Virus record (IMG/VR): IMGVR_UViG_3300031853_000015
Location: 19,485-83,484 of that record
Source: a virus
Lineage: Duplodnaviria > Caudoviricetes
Reading direction: 5' to 3' (one strand)
DNA: 64,000 nt
The notes beneath the pieces are model-generated. The model saw only the letters and a program-made list of their open reading frames with translations, searched no databases and was not told the origin of the DNA. Positions 1 to 10,837 of the stretch are shown here, in pieces. The translations under genes and the position numbers were made by a program. Each line of letters opens with the position of its first letter. The stretch's first letter is position 1.

Positions 1-980
1 TTATCTGTATTTATATTTATTGTTTGAACATTTCCCATTGCATTGAGAATTATAGAATTAATGGATGTTTCAAAGGTATAATCCCCTGAAGATAATTCTA
101 TAATAAGAACATCATTTTCATCTACAATACCATCGATGTTAAGTATTCCATCATCATCTACTACACCAATTAAATCAAGGATATAATCCTCATCCTAAGG
201 CTCAGGTTCAGGTTCAGGCTCTGGAGTAGGTGTAGGTGTAGGTGTAGGTTCTGGTTCTGGTTTTTCCTCTTCATCTTCATAAGTAAAATAAATAGTATCC
301 TCATCCTTTTCTTCAAGGGCTTCATACTCAGATTCTGTAAGAAATTCATGATGTATTCCATCTACTATTATAGAAGAACCATCTGTTCCATCTTTACCAT
401 CTTTACCACTTACTTTAAATTCAGTTTTAACTCCATTTATAACCCAATAACCATCATCACTGATAGCTATAGCAGTATTTCCTGTAGATATGATAGTGGC
501 TCCATCTTTTCCGTCTTTTCCATCTTTTCCAGGGTCTCCTTTATCACCCTTATCTCCTTTATCTCCTTTATCTCCTTTAGGACCTGATGCAGTAAATTCT
601 GTTTTTACTCCACCAATTACCCAGTAGCCATCATCACTAATAGTAATCTCCTTACCTTCAGTACTAATTATAGTAGCCCCATCTTTTCCATCTTTTCCTT
701 TAAGAGCTTCTAACTACTCTGGAGTAAAATCATAATAAGTAAATGGATCTCCTTTATCTCCTTTATCTCCCTATGGTCCTTGAAGATCCATAGTGTCAAT
801 TATGGCTGTAATAAGAGTATTGAGGGTGGATAAATACACTCTATAGTTTACACCATTTCTGACTATAGTAAAGAAATCTCCTTCCTAAAGATTTGAGACT
901 TCTTTAAACTATGAATCTTTCTTAGAGTGTTGTTTAAGATATTCCTCAATTTTCTTATAGTCTTCTTGTGTGAAAAACAT
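1..980 (-). CDS. Collagen-like tail fibre/spike protein, runs off the left edge; TAG=Gln
   Basis: ATG at 980, MFFTQEDYKKIEEYLK (crAss tail-fibre-type N-terminus). Contains GP*GDKGDKGDPFTYYDFTPE*LEALKG, where TAG occupies the usual Q positions, plus G-K-D repeats. No TAA/TGA in frame down to base 1. Confidence 0.8.
200..262 (-). repeat. Hexamer tandem repeat encoding a (PE)n(PT)n(PE)n linker
   Basis: ggttca/ggtgta/ggttct repeats translate to KPEPEPTPTPTPTPEPEPEPEP. Confidence 0.9.
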
Positions 981-1017
981 ATATGTTATCTTTAATTATT
1001 TTACTATAGTTTAACGA

Positions 1018-1027
1018 TGCAAAGATA
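1018..1027 (-). promoter_or_regulatory. Bacteroidota -7 promoter element for the tail fibre gene
   Basis: TATCTTTGCA on the minus strand, about 40 nt upstream of ATG 980; matches TAnnTTTG. Confidence 0.75.
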
Positions 1028-1096
1028 CAACAATTATTTTAAATCCCCAAGAAAATAATGAAAAAATTAATTATATGATATAAAGTTAGTAACTGA

Positions 1097-1130
1097 TTTG
1101 TAGGTATAAAATATTTACTTTATCTTTGCA
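1097..1130 (+). promoter_or_regulatory. Bacteroidota -33/-7 promoter
   Basis: TTTG at 1097-1100, 20-nt spacer, TATCTTTGCA at 1121-1130. Confidence 0.8.
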
Positions 1131-1150
1131 GGAATGATAAAAATAATCAT

Positions 1151-1354
1151 ATGAAAATATTTAATTTAACTGAAAAAGAAGAAGAGGCTGCTGAAAAATT
1201 TATGGAGAAACACAGACATAAAGATGTTTTCAAAGGAGCTATAGGAGGGCATTTAAGTTATAGATTCACCCTTACTTCCATAGGTACATGTGTTTCTGTG
1301 AGCTGCAGTATATGTGAGAAAACTAAAAATATTACTGATTATAGTAAATGGTAA
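1151..1354 (+). CDS. Small Cys-containing protein, possibly Zn-binding; TAG-free
   Basis: 67 aa ending in FTLTSIGTCVSVSCSICEKTKNITDYSKW; has its own promoter and terminator. Confidence 0.75.
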   Translation: MKIFNLTEKEEEAAEKFMEKHRHKDVFKGAIGGHLSYRFTLTSIGTCVSVSCSICEKTKNITDYSKW

Positions 1355-1356
1355 AT

Positions 1357-1385
1357 AAAAAAGGTGGTAGAAATACCACCTTTTT
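1357..1385. terminator. Bidirectional intrinsic terminator
   Basis: AAAAAAGGTGGTA-gaaa-TACCACCTTTTT between convergent genes. Confidence 0.85.
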
Positions 1386-1423
1386 AAATATAATCTTTGA
1401 AAGTTTAACTAATTTAATTATGA

Positions 1424-1651
1424 TTACTTAAAGTTTCTAAATTCCATCATATTACTAAGCATATTTGCTAGTACATTTCTACCAAAATCATCTTCATTTT
1501 CCTGATTAGCTCTGGAGATGTAATGATTTATTACTGTAATAATCTGTTTAAGAAGTATATTATTTTCTTTAAGCAGTTTATTGTTCTAATGTGTTTTATC
1601 TTTGATGTATTCAATTGTATCAAAGATATAATCTTCTTCTCTTTTTGTCAT
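1424..1651 (-). CDS. Small hypothetical protein, 75 aa, 1 TAG
   Basis: MTKREEDYIFDTIEYIKDKTH*NNKLLKENN...FGRNVLANMLS, ending TAA. Absent from the ORF track because of the TAG. Confidence 0.7.
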
Positions 1652-1798
1652 AAAAATCAAAATTTAATATGCAAATAATAACTTTCAAATGACCAAATAT
1701 TTTAAGTTAAATATTGTTAATGCTTCAATATTTAAATCAATTTATTATCAAAGTAACACTTTTATTGTTAAACTCTTGATAATATAAAATAAAACAGT

Positions 1799-1808
1799 TA
1801 CCTTTGCA
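1799..1808 (+). promoter_or_regulatory. Bacteroidota -7 promoter for the virion RNAP operon
   Basis: TACCTTTGCA. The TTG used as start by the ORF track lies inside this element. Confidence 0.7.
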
Positions 1809-1842
1809 CAATCAAAATAATAATAGTAAAAAAACAAGAAAT

Positions 1843-4800
1843 ATGAATAGAGCATATTGTTATAGCCCTCAAGCTATTGATAAAAAACTGGCAAATTATA
1901 TGAGTACTCGTCCTTATGCTATAGCATGGACTCCTGGATTTATAGCTACTCTAAGAGGTGCTTATGATCTTGCCAATGGTTTCTCTGAAGAACAGGGTAA
2001 GGTTAATCCTATGTGGTCTTTAGATATAGATACTGAAGATTATGATGGAGACAGTGTACAAGCGGATAACCTTTATAATATAGCACAAACTTTAGCAGAC
2101 TTTAGATTTGAGAAAAAGAAGGAACAAGCAAATGCTATAAATAATTTTAATGAAAATAGAACTGAAATATGGACAACTATTTCAGATAATTATTCTGATT
2201 TAAATACATTTTATCAGAGAGCTTCTCAACTTTCCTTCTATTTTATTCAAGCTGTAGATAATTATATAGAACAACAAAGGTTGGAGGGTAAAATATTCAC
2301 TAGAAAGCAGATTATTGAAGGCATTCCTTTGGAAGATGAAGATGGTCATTATGTTATGTCTAATGGAAAGCCTATGATGGCAATAGATTCTGATAAAATA
2401 TTTAGTGCTGTATTCAATAGGTTTATGGAGGATTATTCTGAAAGAATGGATGATCCTAATACTAAAGAAGCAGCAAAGAAAGAATATTATCATAATGAGT
2501 ATCAGAAGATATTTAATCCTAAAGTATGGGCGGCTTTATTAATGGCCTCTAAAGCCCAGCTTAAACAAATGGAGGGATTAAAGGTTAGTCTTACTGATAA
2601 TAGTGCTTCTGAAGTAGATTTAAGTACTCTTAATGATAATGATTTATCAGACTTATTTATTGCAGAAGAATCTGTCAGGGAAGGTTGGCAAGTAATTACA
2701 GATTGTTTATCTGCTTATGGAAATCTTTCCAAAGAAGTTAGAAAGGCTTTGAGTTATATACCTTTATTAGATGAAAAAGGGCAAGCTTTAGAAGATGACT
2801 TAGGTTACGATATAAGAATGAGTTCTATAACTGCTTATCATGATTTAATGGATTTACTTAGGAATTGTCGAAGTAAATCCAAAATGATGAAACTTATTGA
2901 GAGAAGTCAAGGATTTAGAAGCCTTTATGATAAATTAGTTAATAATGAGGTTCTTCAGTCCCAATTATATAATAACTTTAGAAAAACATCCCAACTTTAT
3001 GTACAGATACAATGGGAATGGAATAAAATTAAGTTTTATGTTTTAAATAAAACTAAAGGAGAGCATTCTGTAGGAAATTATTTATTTAGTATAAAATATC
3101 GTCCTGCAGGAAGTAGTATAGCTGCTTCTAGTAGAACTCATTGGAGCCAAGCAGATCTTGATTCTTTAAGCAACCTTTTAAAACAGTTTGAAGATAAATA
3201 TGATTCTGATGGGAAGTTAACCTATAGTTTCTGGAAAGAAAGGGCAACTCAACAGGCAACCCTTCTACGTAAAGTTTTTAATGCTTTAGGTATAGCATAT
3301 ACTGATAAGGCCCTTTCTACTTTATTAGATAATAAAAAGAATCTTTCCGAGGTTGTTAAACAGCTTGCAGGTTTAAGCCAACATGGAGGATTAAAAAGTG
3401 AGAGAGCTGACACTGAAGGATACAATTTTTATGCTTGGCTTACTTATAAAACTAAAGAACAGGAAAAGGGTGATACTCAAGCTAAAATTGAAAAGATCAT
3501 CACTAAACTTGAAGAGAGTGGTAATGGAATTGTTTATGAAAATAAATGTAGAACTGTAAATGGTAAAGGACAATCTGTTACTTACTATGGTGATGTACAG
3601 CCAAATTTTATGGGAGACTTATTAGGCAAAATTCAATCTTTTGCTCAAGCATTTCCAGAAGAAAGGGAAGAAAGTAGAAAAGAATTTAAAGAGTGGTTAC
3701 GTAATAAATATTTTTCTAGTTCTCAATTTTGCACAGATTTTGATGCAGAGGGTAATCCTAAATCTTCCAGTAATGTTAAAAACTTTTTATTAAGAACTCT
3801 TTGGGAAGAAGCTAATGCTGATGTAACCAATGCTAGAATAGAAGCAACTAATAAGCAAAGAAAATTAGATAATGAGGCACCTCTTCCTTATGTTACTGAT
3901 ATGTTTGATGATAATAGCCTTACCTCTCAGTTTCGATTTATGAGAGTTGTAACAGGTAAGTATCAACAGACAGTCATTCCTTTTGAAAACTTTACTACTA
4001 AGCAACATTTTGAACAATTAGTAGGTTCTTATTTTGCATTAGACACTCAATCGAATCAGCAAATGCAGGAATTTGTTTATGTTCCTGTATTTGTATTAGG
4101 AGACAGTGGAGTATGTAAAGTTCTTAAAATAAAAAGAAAATCTACTTTTGATGATTATCAAGATGATAAATTTAATGGAGATTCAGTTGTTGAAGAACTA
4201 TATAACCTTTATGAGTCAGAACTTAGAAGAATGACTCTTTTCCAAAAATTTATTGAACAGAATAATAAAAAACATATTAAAAATAATCCTAATATACTCA
4301 AAACTTCCAAGAAATTTACAATGCTCACTTTCTTAAATGAAGAATTTAAAGGCAGAGACTTTAAAACTCTTGGAAAACAAGAAGTAAAACAGGCTATTAA
4401 TAAGTACTTAGAAAAAGGATTTGCCGCATTTTTAAAAGTAGGAGAAAATACAGGAGCTCTCAAAGTAGATAGTTCTGGAAAACTAGGAAAGAATCCTATG
4501 TATCAAGATATATGTAGGATAGCAGATCCTAGGAAAGAAGCCCATTCTAAAACTCCTGCACTTAGGGAAAGGCTTAAAGAGCTTTATTATAATGTATATC
4601 TTTCCAATCTTTTACAGTATCAGATTTTTACTGGAGACTTAGGATATTACGAAAGTGTAAAGGAGTTTCAGAAGAGATATAAGGAAGTTCATGCTCCAGG
4701 AGAAGTATTGGATGTAAATGCTACTTGGAAAGGTAAGGAAGTAGTTAAGGCAAATGCTCAAGGACTTAAAACTCAAAAGACAATATATTTTGAAGATATT

Positions 4801-7800
4801 GGAGTCAGTGTAGAAGAAAATAATAAGGAGCTTGCTGAAGTACTTCTTAAATTACATTCCTCTGATAGAGCTGCAGCTGAAAAAGCCATCGCTGAGGGTA
4901 TTTTAGAGCCTAAGAAAGGAATAGAAGAGGATGAAAGACAAAAGCGACTTAAAGAACTTTTAGGAAGTAATTATAATGTATATTTAAAGTTCATTACTAC
5001 TCCTAAATCTGAAGTAACACGTGGTTCAAGTGGTAGTTCTCAAACAGATGGTCAAGGTTTTAGGCATATAGATTCTTATAGAAAGATAGAAATAATGAGA
5101 GGTACTTGGAGTAGCAATCCTCTTAAGGAAGTATTGTATCAAGAGGTCTCAACTATTAATGAAGATTGTATAAAGAATCATCGCAATCCTACTCCTGAAG
5201 AACTTGATAGAATTCAAGCCTTCCATGTGACAATAATGCCTTTAAAGCCTTACCTATTTACTATGGAAAAAGTACATATAAATGATGGAAAGACTGATGA
5301 TAATCTGTTTGTTCCTGTACAACATAAATATGCAGAAGCTATATTAATTCCTTGCCTGCTTCCTGTTGGAAGTAAACTTAGAGAAGTAGCTGAGTATATG
5401 GGAGAGAATAATATTGATTTGATATGTTCTGATTCTGTAGTAAAGGTAGGTATGTGGGGACAAACTGATATTGAGGAAAAGAGTTCCACTGACATTTCTA
5501 GCTTTGTTAATGAGGCAAAGAAGAATATTAGTAAACTGCCTTCATCAGTTAAAACTGATAGCAGTCCTCTTAGAATAATGAGTATTGAAAAGGGTCTTGA
5601 TTTTAATATTTCTGTAGGAGAAACCTATAATGTCAAGTTAGATGATAAAAATGCTCAATATCATATTCTTGGGTATGAACAAGATGGAGATCAACATCTT
5701 TCTAAAATATGGTTTACATCTTCTGAAGCTCCCAATAAAGTATCTAGTTTAGTAGGAAGCACTCTTGCAGAATTTATTGATGCTGCAGGTAGTCATAATC
5801 CCATTAAAGCTAATACTAACAGTACTATAAATATTAAGGATAATCTATCAAAAGCTGTTATACATGAATTGAATTATGAAGATTATAGAATTCAATCTAA
5901 TGTTCCTGAACATATAAATGTAGAAAGGGCATTGGGTACTCAGATAAGGAAACTTATTATGGGTAATATTAATATGTTTTCTAAGGATGTTTATGGATAC
6001 TTAAAAGATAAAAATGGAGAAGATATATCTTTTAGACTTACTAAAGGAGGAAGTAAAATGAAACTTACTGGTAGAAATCTAGTTTCTTTATATACTTCTC
6101 TTATAGTAGCTAATATGATGCAATCTTTTGCTAAGTTTAAAAGAAATATTGAAAATGAAAAGAAATTAAGTACCCTTCTTACTTCTGCTATTGTTAATAA
6201 TGATAGGTACTCTTTACATCAATTGCTAGACATAGCAGTTAATGATGGCGAGTTTGCTACTCCTTTATATGAAGGTTCTATAGAGCATGATACTATAAGT
6301 ATGATAGCCAGTATCTTCAGAAAAGAAGTTAATAAGCAGGATATGAATGGAGGTAGTGCTGTACAAGTTTCTGATTGGGGAATTACTGCTAAAGAAGAAG
6401 TTACAGGTACTGAAAGACCTCTTAAATTTGTAACGGATGTAAATAATGAAAATGTATTATATGCAGAAATTGAAATTCCTTTTAACTTTACTTATATCAA
6501 TTCTGATGGTATAGAAGTGGCTTTGGACTTTAATACTTATTGTAACCCTGATGGAACTTTTAAATTAACAGGTAATACTATTGATATAAAAGGAGTCAAA
6601 GTAGCAGAAACTAAAATAGAGCATGATTTTCCTGGCATACTAGACATAATTGCATATAGAATTCCTTCAGAAAGATGTTACTCAATGCTTAATTGTAGAG
6701 TAGTCAGATGTTCCAATATGACAGCTGGAGGTACTATAAGAGTTCCAGCCCAAGGTACTACTATTGCAGGTTTTGACTTTGATATTGATAAGTTATACTT
6801 ATTAAGAAGAAGTTTTGTTAAACGAAGAGTAGCTGTAGAATCTGCATATTCAGGAGCCGAAAAGTATGATATTTTTGCTAAAATATATGCTATGGATGCT
6901 GAAAGACAAAGAGTTCTTGAAGCTAAAGATAAGTCTCAAAAAGCAAATATTATTAATGCTCAAGCAGAGAAGACTTTAAGAGAAATGAATCAAGATCCTG
7001 ATGATTATGCTTCAGTAGAATCTCTTTGGGAAGAACTTTTTATAAATCTAGAAAGTCCTTATACTACAGTATATGAAGAACTAAGTAATGAAGATAAAGA
7101 TTATTTAGAGAATAAGCTCATAATACCAGGAGAAAGATTAAAAAATGTAATTTTCTTAAGCAATCTCTTTAATGAGGAGAAAAGACGTAAAGTTTCAGAA
7201 ATCTCCGATGATAAAATTTACAAAGGATCTGAAGTTTTTCATATGTTATTTGATGAACTGAATAATGGTCAAATAAGTAAAAAAGGTTGGAAAATTTATA
7301 ATAAATTAGACTATTCTCAGGAATATTATGATGAGGAACAAGTAAGAGAAGATGAAGACTATATTCCTTCTTCTGCTATAATATCTAAGTTAAGAGCTAT
7401 AAGAGAAGCTTCAGGAGAATATCACTATGAAAAAACTGCCAAAGGAAAAGTAAAGAAGGTTTATGATAAGGCTTTAGCTGAATACTGGAATACTATGATT
7501 GAGCAGAATCCTTATATGGAAGGTGAAGATGCTTATGATAAAGGCAAACTCTTTGAACAAGCAGCAAAAGAACTTGGCTTATGGAAAGAGATTGAATATA
7601 AGGAAGAACTTGAAAATTATGATTTTGATAAAGGAGTAACACAGAATAGTAGGTCCTCTAGAAATAATCTTATCTTTGAGTTAATGAGACAGAGACTTAT
7701 GGACCCTGAGACTCTTAGAGATAGGTTAACTCCGGGTGGATTTGATAATTCTAGAAATGCTGCTGCATATTTGAAAAAGCTTCTACATATTAATGAAGAA

Positions 7801-10800
7801 CAAGATGCTGCAGATCCAAGTACTCTATTATTCTATAATCAGCTTAATCAAGTAGCTGCTAAATTAATTGGTGTATTTGCTAATCAAAGCACTAATCACC
7901 AATTATCATCTATAATAAGAAGTTTAGATTTGAGAGAACCTATTCTTTTCGATGGTATGATTGATGCTAAACTTATTAAAAGCACAGAAGCCTTGGAAGG
8001 ACTAGAAGATACTGAGAAAGAAGAAAAAATAGGGCGTAGTTTATTATCTAAAATTATACAGTTGAAGGATGGTACTATAGTAGATATAGATTTAAACCTT
8101 GCAGAATTCCTTGCTGCTTCTGTAGATGCTGTAAAGGATCCTGTATTGAATTATCTTAACTTTAATACCACTACTGCCTCAGTAGGAGCCTTACTTGCTA
8201 GAATGGGCTATGCTACCAAGGATATAGGACTTTTATTTAATCAGCCTATAATTAAAGAGGTATGTGATATTATTCAAAATAGTGGTAATACATTATCCTT
8301 TAATAGTGTAAAGAGTGATATTATTAAAAAATATGGTACTTATGATGAATATAAAAAGATTGCAACTGATGTAACATCTGAAACATTAGAAGACACTATA
8401 ACCAGATATATAGATGTTTCTGAAAAAGCTCCTAATGCTCAAGAGGCCTTTCAATCTCTAAAGCAAGAGAAAGATTATATGCAGACACAATTAGCTGCAT
8501 TGAAAATATTTGATCAGGCCTTCAAAGCTTCCAGAGAATTAAACAATTTTATAAATACCACTAAATTCACTGCGGCAAATGCTGTAGGCAGTACTTTAGG
8601 CTTCTTTTATAATCAGCAATATAAAGTAGAAGATTATGTTAATCAATCAGACAACATGTTAAAGATGGTTATTTATGAATCTCTTAAGAATGCTCAGGAA
8701 ATACAAGAGGGTTCTAAAGAAGTACAAGATAAGTCTCTTAACACTAAAATACCAAGCAGTCTGGTTAATGATAGAGAAGCTTATATAAAATCTCAAATAG
8801 AAAATCCTTTTGCTTTTGAGCAGTGTATGTATGATTTAAATAAGGAATTTCTTAAAATATTAAGTAAGTACTATCCTTATGATAAAGCTATTTATAAAAA
8901 TAGAAGAGAGGTATTAAGAGATTTTTTAGCTTATACTAGAGTATTGGATGCAGAAACTATAGATTATGCCCATAGAGAAACTATGCAGCATATATTAAGT
9001 TCCACTGATAGTGCCTTTAATCCTACAGCTATTTATGTCAATGAAGCAGGTGAAGAAATATTGATAGATACTGATAAAAAGGATCTTGATGGTAATCCTA
9101 TTAAGCGTCCCTTAACTAATAGAGAATATTATTTATATCAATTTCCTATTGAATTGTTTAATATGGAGGGAGTTCCCAGAATTGATGCTTTAAAAGAGAA
9201 ATATCTCAAATTTACCTATTCAACACATACAGACACAACTACTGGAAAAGTTAATGCACAATTAAATATATCTGTAGATTTAGCTGTAGAACAAACAGAT
9301 AAAAATACTTTTACTAATCTTTGGGCACAGTTAGCTTCTCAGCATTCAGACCCTCTTCATATAAACCAGATAAAAGTAGACTTTATAAAAAAGTATATAA
9401 AACTTCATTATCTTATTCCAATGGATATTACATTGAAGAATTTAGAGCGTGCTAAAGGAGAACGTTATGAAGCTTTAAATAAAAAATATGAAGACTATGA
9501 AGAAAAATTGAAAGATTTCTTAAAAGATATACTGTCCTCAGAACAGTTAGAAGAAACACTTACATTTGCTAATGCAGAAACCTTTATAAACGTTTATAAT
9601 GTAGATAGAATTAATCTTCCTGCTGAGGAACAAGAAGCATTAAATAAAGAAATCCAAAAGAAAATAAATATGGATAATATATGTAATAAAGTAGCTTTAG
9701 GACTATATTTTCATAATTATTATAGAACTGGTTTTGGTACAGGTCCTTTTAGCTTCACACAATTTACTCCTATTGAAGTGAAAAATCTTATTGAAATAGG
9801 AGAGGGGGCAGACAGAATGCCTTATCTAGATTATATAAGGCCTGATAATTTGGAAACCTTAGCTACTGCAGCAATTAAAGGCAGGTATCCTAGAAGTGCT
9901 GTTGAATTTGCTTATATGTATGCTTTAAATCATACAGATGATTACAAACTTGTCACACCTATGCCTTCTACAGGTAATCAAACATATGCCTCCTATTTTG
10001 TAGATGCTTATGGCTATGCTACTTCAAAGTTTTCTATTGATATACACACTGCTGAAAAAGATATTAAGGAGGCTGATAAGAAGTTTGTTATGGCTGTAGA
10101 TAAAGAAACAGGAGATTTTAAGGTACATCCTGTTATTAGAAGGGGTGGACAAATTTATGTAGCCACTATAGATGGAGAATATAATTTTACTGGTAATATA
10201 TTTGATTCCTCCAGGCACATAGTTACTTATATGAATGTACCTATCTTAGGAAAGAAAAATGTTTCTACTACATATGCCTCTACTTTAGATGAAGCTTTAG
10301 CAATAAAGAAGGGAGATGCAGAAGTGCTTACAGCAATTGAACAATCTATAAGTGATACAATTAAAGAAGATATTATAAGAAGACAACTGGAAGAAAAAGG
10401 AGAAGAAGTTGATGTTGATGATCTTCTACATCAAAGTGAAGAGGTACCCTCGGAAACTGTTGAGGAAAATCCAATAGGGGCTAACTTTGCAGAAGATGAT
10501 TCTTATACTGAAGAAGATGTAGATGCTCTTATGGAGAGAATATCTGAATGTAATCAAGTAAATGAAGATTTCTTATTGGAATATGTTTTAAAAACTTATG
10601 ATGAAACAGCTCCTGAAGATCAAGAGGTTGTAAGAGAAAAAGCTGTACCTGCTATTAAAGAAAAATTAAATAAAGCAGTAGAAGAAGGTCTTCCTGCATC
10701 TATGCAAAATACTAAGGTAGCAGAAGCTTATAAAAAGCAACTTCTAATTGAACAATTAGCAAACAGATTAAAAGCCGATGTAAAAGCAGGAAGAATTGAA

Positions 10801-10836
10801 GTTTATACAAAATTAACAAAAGAAAAAATATGCTAA
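1843..10836 (+). CDS. Single-chain virion-type two-barrel DNA-dependent RNA polymerase, about 2997 aa
   Basis: Catalytic GFDFDIDK (DxDxD) motif, AYRIPSE and QTDGQGF motifs typical of crAss/phi14:2-type RNAP. Likely start ATG 1843, stop TAA, no in-frame TAG. Confidence 0.9.
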   Translation: MNRAYCYSPQAIDKKLANYMSTRPYAIAWTPGFIATLRGAYDLANGFSEEQGKVNPMWSLDIDTEDYDGDSVQADNLYNIAQTLADFRFEKKKEQANAINNFNENRTEIWTTISDNYSDLNTFYQRASQLSFYFIQAVDNYIEQQRLEGKIFTRKQIIEGIPLEDEDGHYVMSNGKPMMAIDSDKIFSAVFNRFMEDYSERMDDPNTKEAAKKEYYHNEYQKIFNPKVWAALLMASKAQLKQMEGLKVSLTDNSASEVDLSTLNDNDLSDLFIAEESVREGWQVITDCLSAYGNLSKEVRKALSYIPLLDEKGQALEDDLGYDIRMSSITAYHDLMDLLRNCRSKSKMMKLIERSQGFRSLYDKLVNNEVLQSQLYNNFRKTSQLYVQIQWEWNKIKFYVLNKTKGEHSVGNYLFSIKYRPAGSSIAASSRTHWSQADLDSLSNLLKQFEDKYDSDGKLTYSFWKERATQQATLLRKVFNALGIAYTDKALSTLLDNKKNLSEVVKQLAGLSQHGGLKSERADTEGYNFYAWLTYKTKEQEKGDTQAKIEKIITKLEESGNGIVYENKCRTVNGKGQSVTYYGDVQPNFMGDLLGKIQSFAQAFPEEREESRKEFKEWLRNKYFSSSQFCTDFDAEGNPKSSSNVKNFLLRTLWEEANADVTNARIEATNKQRKLDNEAPLPYVTDMFDDNSLTSQFRFMRVVTGKYQQTVIPFENFTTKQHFEQLVGSYFALDTQSNQQMQEFVYVPVFVLGDSGVCKVLKIKRKSTFDDYQDDKFNGDSVVEELYNLYESELRRMTLFQKFIEQNNKKHIKNNPNILKTSKKFTMLTFLNEEFKGRDFKTLGKQEVKQAINKYLEKGFAAFLKVGENTGALKVDSSGKLGKNPMYQDICRIADPRKEAHSKTPALRERLKELYYNVYLSNLLQYQIFTGDLGYYESVKEFQKRYKEVHAPGEVLDVNATWKGKEVVKANAQGLKTQKTIYFEDIGVSVEENNKELAEVLLKLHSSDRAAAEKAIAEGILEPKKGIEEDERQKRLKELLGSNYNVYLKFITTPKSEVTRGSSGSSQTDGQGFRHIDSYRKIEIMRGTWSSNPLKEVLYQEVSTINEDCIKNHRNPTPEELDRIQAFHVTIMPLKPYLFTMEKVHINDGKTDDNLFVPVQHKYAEAILIPCLLPVGSKLREVAEYMGENNIDLICSDSVVKVGMWGQTDIEEKSSTDISSFVNEAKKNISKLPSSVKTDSSPLRIMSIEKGLDFNISVGETYNVKLDDKNAQYHILGYEQDGDQHLSKIWFTSSEAPNKVSSLVGSTLAEFIDAAGSHNPIKANTNSTINIKDNLSKAVIHELNYEDYRIQSNVPEHINVERALGTQIRKLIMGNINMFSKDVYGYLKDKNGEDISFRLTKGGSKMKLTGRNLVSLYTSLIVANMMQSFAKFKRNIENEKKLSTLLTSAIVNNDRYSLHQLLDIAVNDGEFATPLYEGSIEHDTISMIASIFRKEVNKQDMNGGSAVQVSDWGITAKEEVTGTERPLKFVTDVNNENVLYAEIEIPFNFTYINSDGIEVALDFNTYCNPDGTFKLTGNTIDIKGVKVAETKIEHDFPGILDIIAYRIPSERCYSMLNCRVVRCSNMTAGGTIRVPAQGTTIAGFDFDIDKLYLLRRSFVKRRVAVESAYSGAEKYDIFAKIYAMDAERQRVLEAKDKSQKANIINAQAEKTLREMNQDPDDYASVESLWEELFINLESPYTTVYEELSNEDKDYLENKLIIPGERLKNVIFLSNLFNEEKRRKVSEISDDKIYKGSEVFHMLFDELNNGQISKKGWKIYNKLDYSQEYYDEEQVREDEDYIPSSAIISKLRAIREASGEYHYEKTAKGKVKKVYDKALAEYWNTMIEQNPYMEGEDAYDKGKLFEQAAKELGLWKEIEYKEELENYDFDKGVTQNSRSSRNNLIFELMRQRLMDPETLRDRLTPGGFDNSRNAAAYLKKLLHINEEQDAADPSTLLFYNQLNQVAAKLIGVFANQSTNHQLSSIIRSLDLREPILFDGMIDAKLIKSTEALEGLEDTEKEEKIGRSLLSKIIQLKDGTIVDIDLNLAEFLAASVDAVKDPVLNYLNFNTTTASVGALLARMGYATKDIGLLFNQPIIKEVCDIIQNSGNTLSFNSVKSDIIKKYGTYDEYKKIATDVTSETLEDTITRYIDVSEKAPNAQEAFQSLKQEKDYMQTQLAALKIFDQAFKASRELNNFINTTKFTAANAVGSTLGFFYNQQYKVEDYVNQSDNMLKMVIYESLKNAQEIQEGSKEVQDKSLNTKIPSSLVNDREAYIKSQIENPFAFEQCMYDLNKEFLKILSKYYPYDKAIYKNRREVLRDFLAYTRVLDAETIDYAHRETMQHILSSTDSAFNPTAIYVNEAGEEILIDTDKKDLDGNPIKRPLTNREYYLYQFPIELFNMEGVPRIDALKEKYLKFTYSTHTDTTTGKVNAQLNISVDLAVEQTDKNTFTNLWAQLASQHSDPLHINQIKVDFIKKYIKLHYLIPMDITLKNLERAKGERYEALNKKYEDYEEKLKDFLKDILSSEQLEETLTFANAETFINVYNVDRINLPAEEQEALNKEIQKKINMDNICNKVALGLYFHNYYRTGFGTGPFSFTQFTPIEVKNLIEIGEGADRMPYLDYIRPDNLETLATAAIKGRYPRSAVEFAYMYALNHTDDYKLVTPMPSTGNQTYASYFVDAYGYATSKFSIDIHTAEKDIKEADKKFVMAVDKETGDFKVHPVIRRGGQIYVATIDGEYNFTGNIFDSSRHIVTYMNVPILGKKNVSTTYASTLDEALAIKKGDAEVLTAIEQSISDTIKEDIIRRQLEEKGEEVDVDDLLHQSEEVPSETVEENPIGANFAEDDSYTEEDVDALMERISECNQVNEDFLLEYVLKTYDETAPEDQEVVREKAVPAIKEKLNKAVEEGLPASMQNTKVAEAYKKQLLIEQLANRLKADVKAGRIEVYTKLTKEKIC

Positions 10837-10837
10837 T

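Noticed and set aside
1804-1842. TTG start at 1804 for the RNAP
   Set aside because: The TTG is part of the TACCTTTGCA promoter element; ATG 1843 is more plausible.
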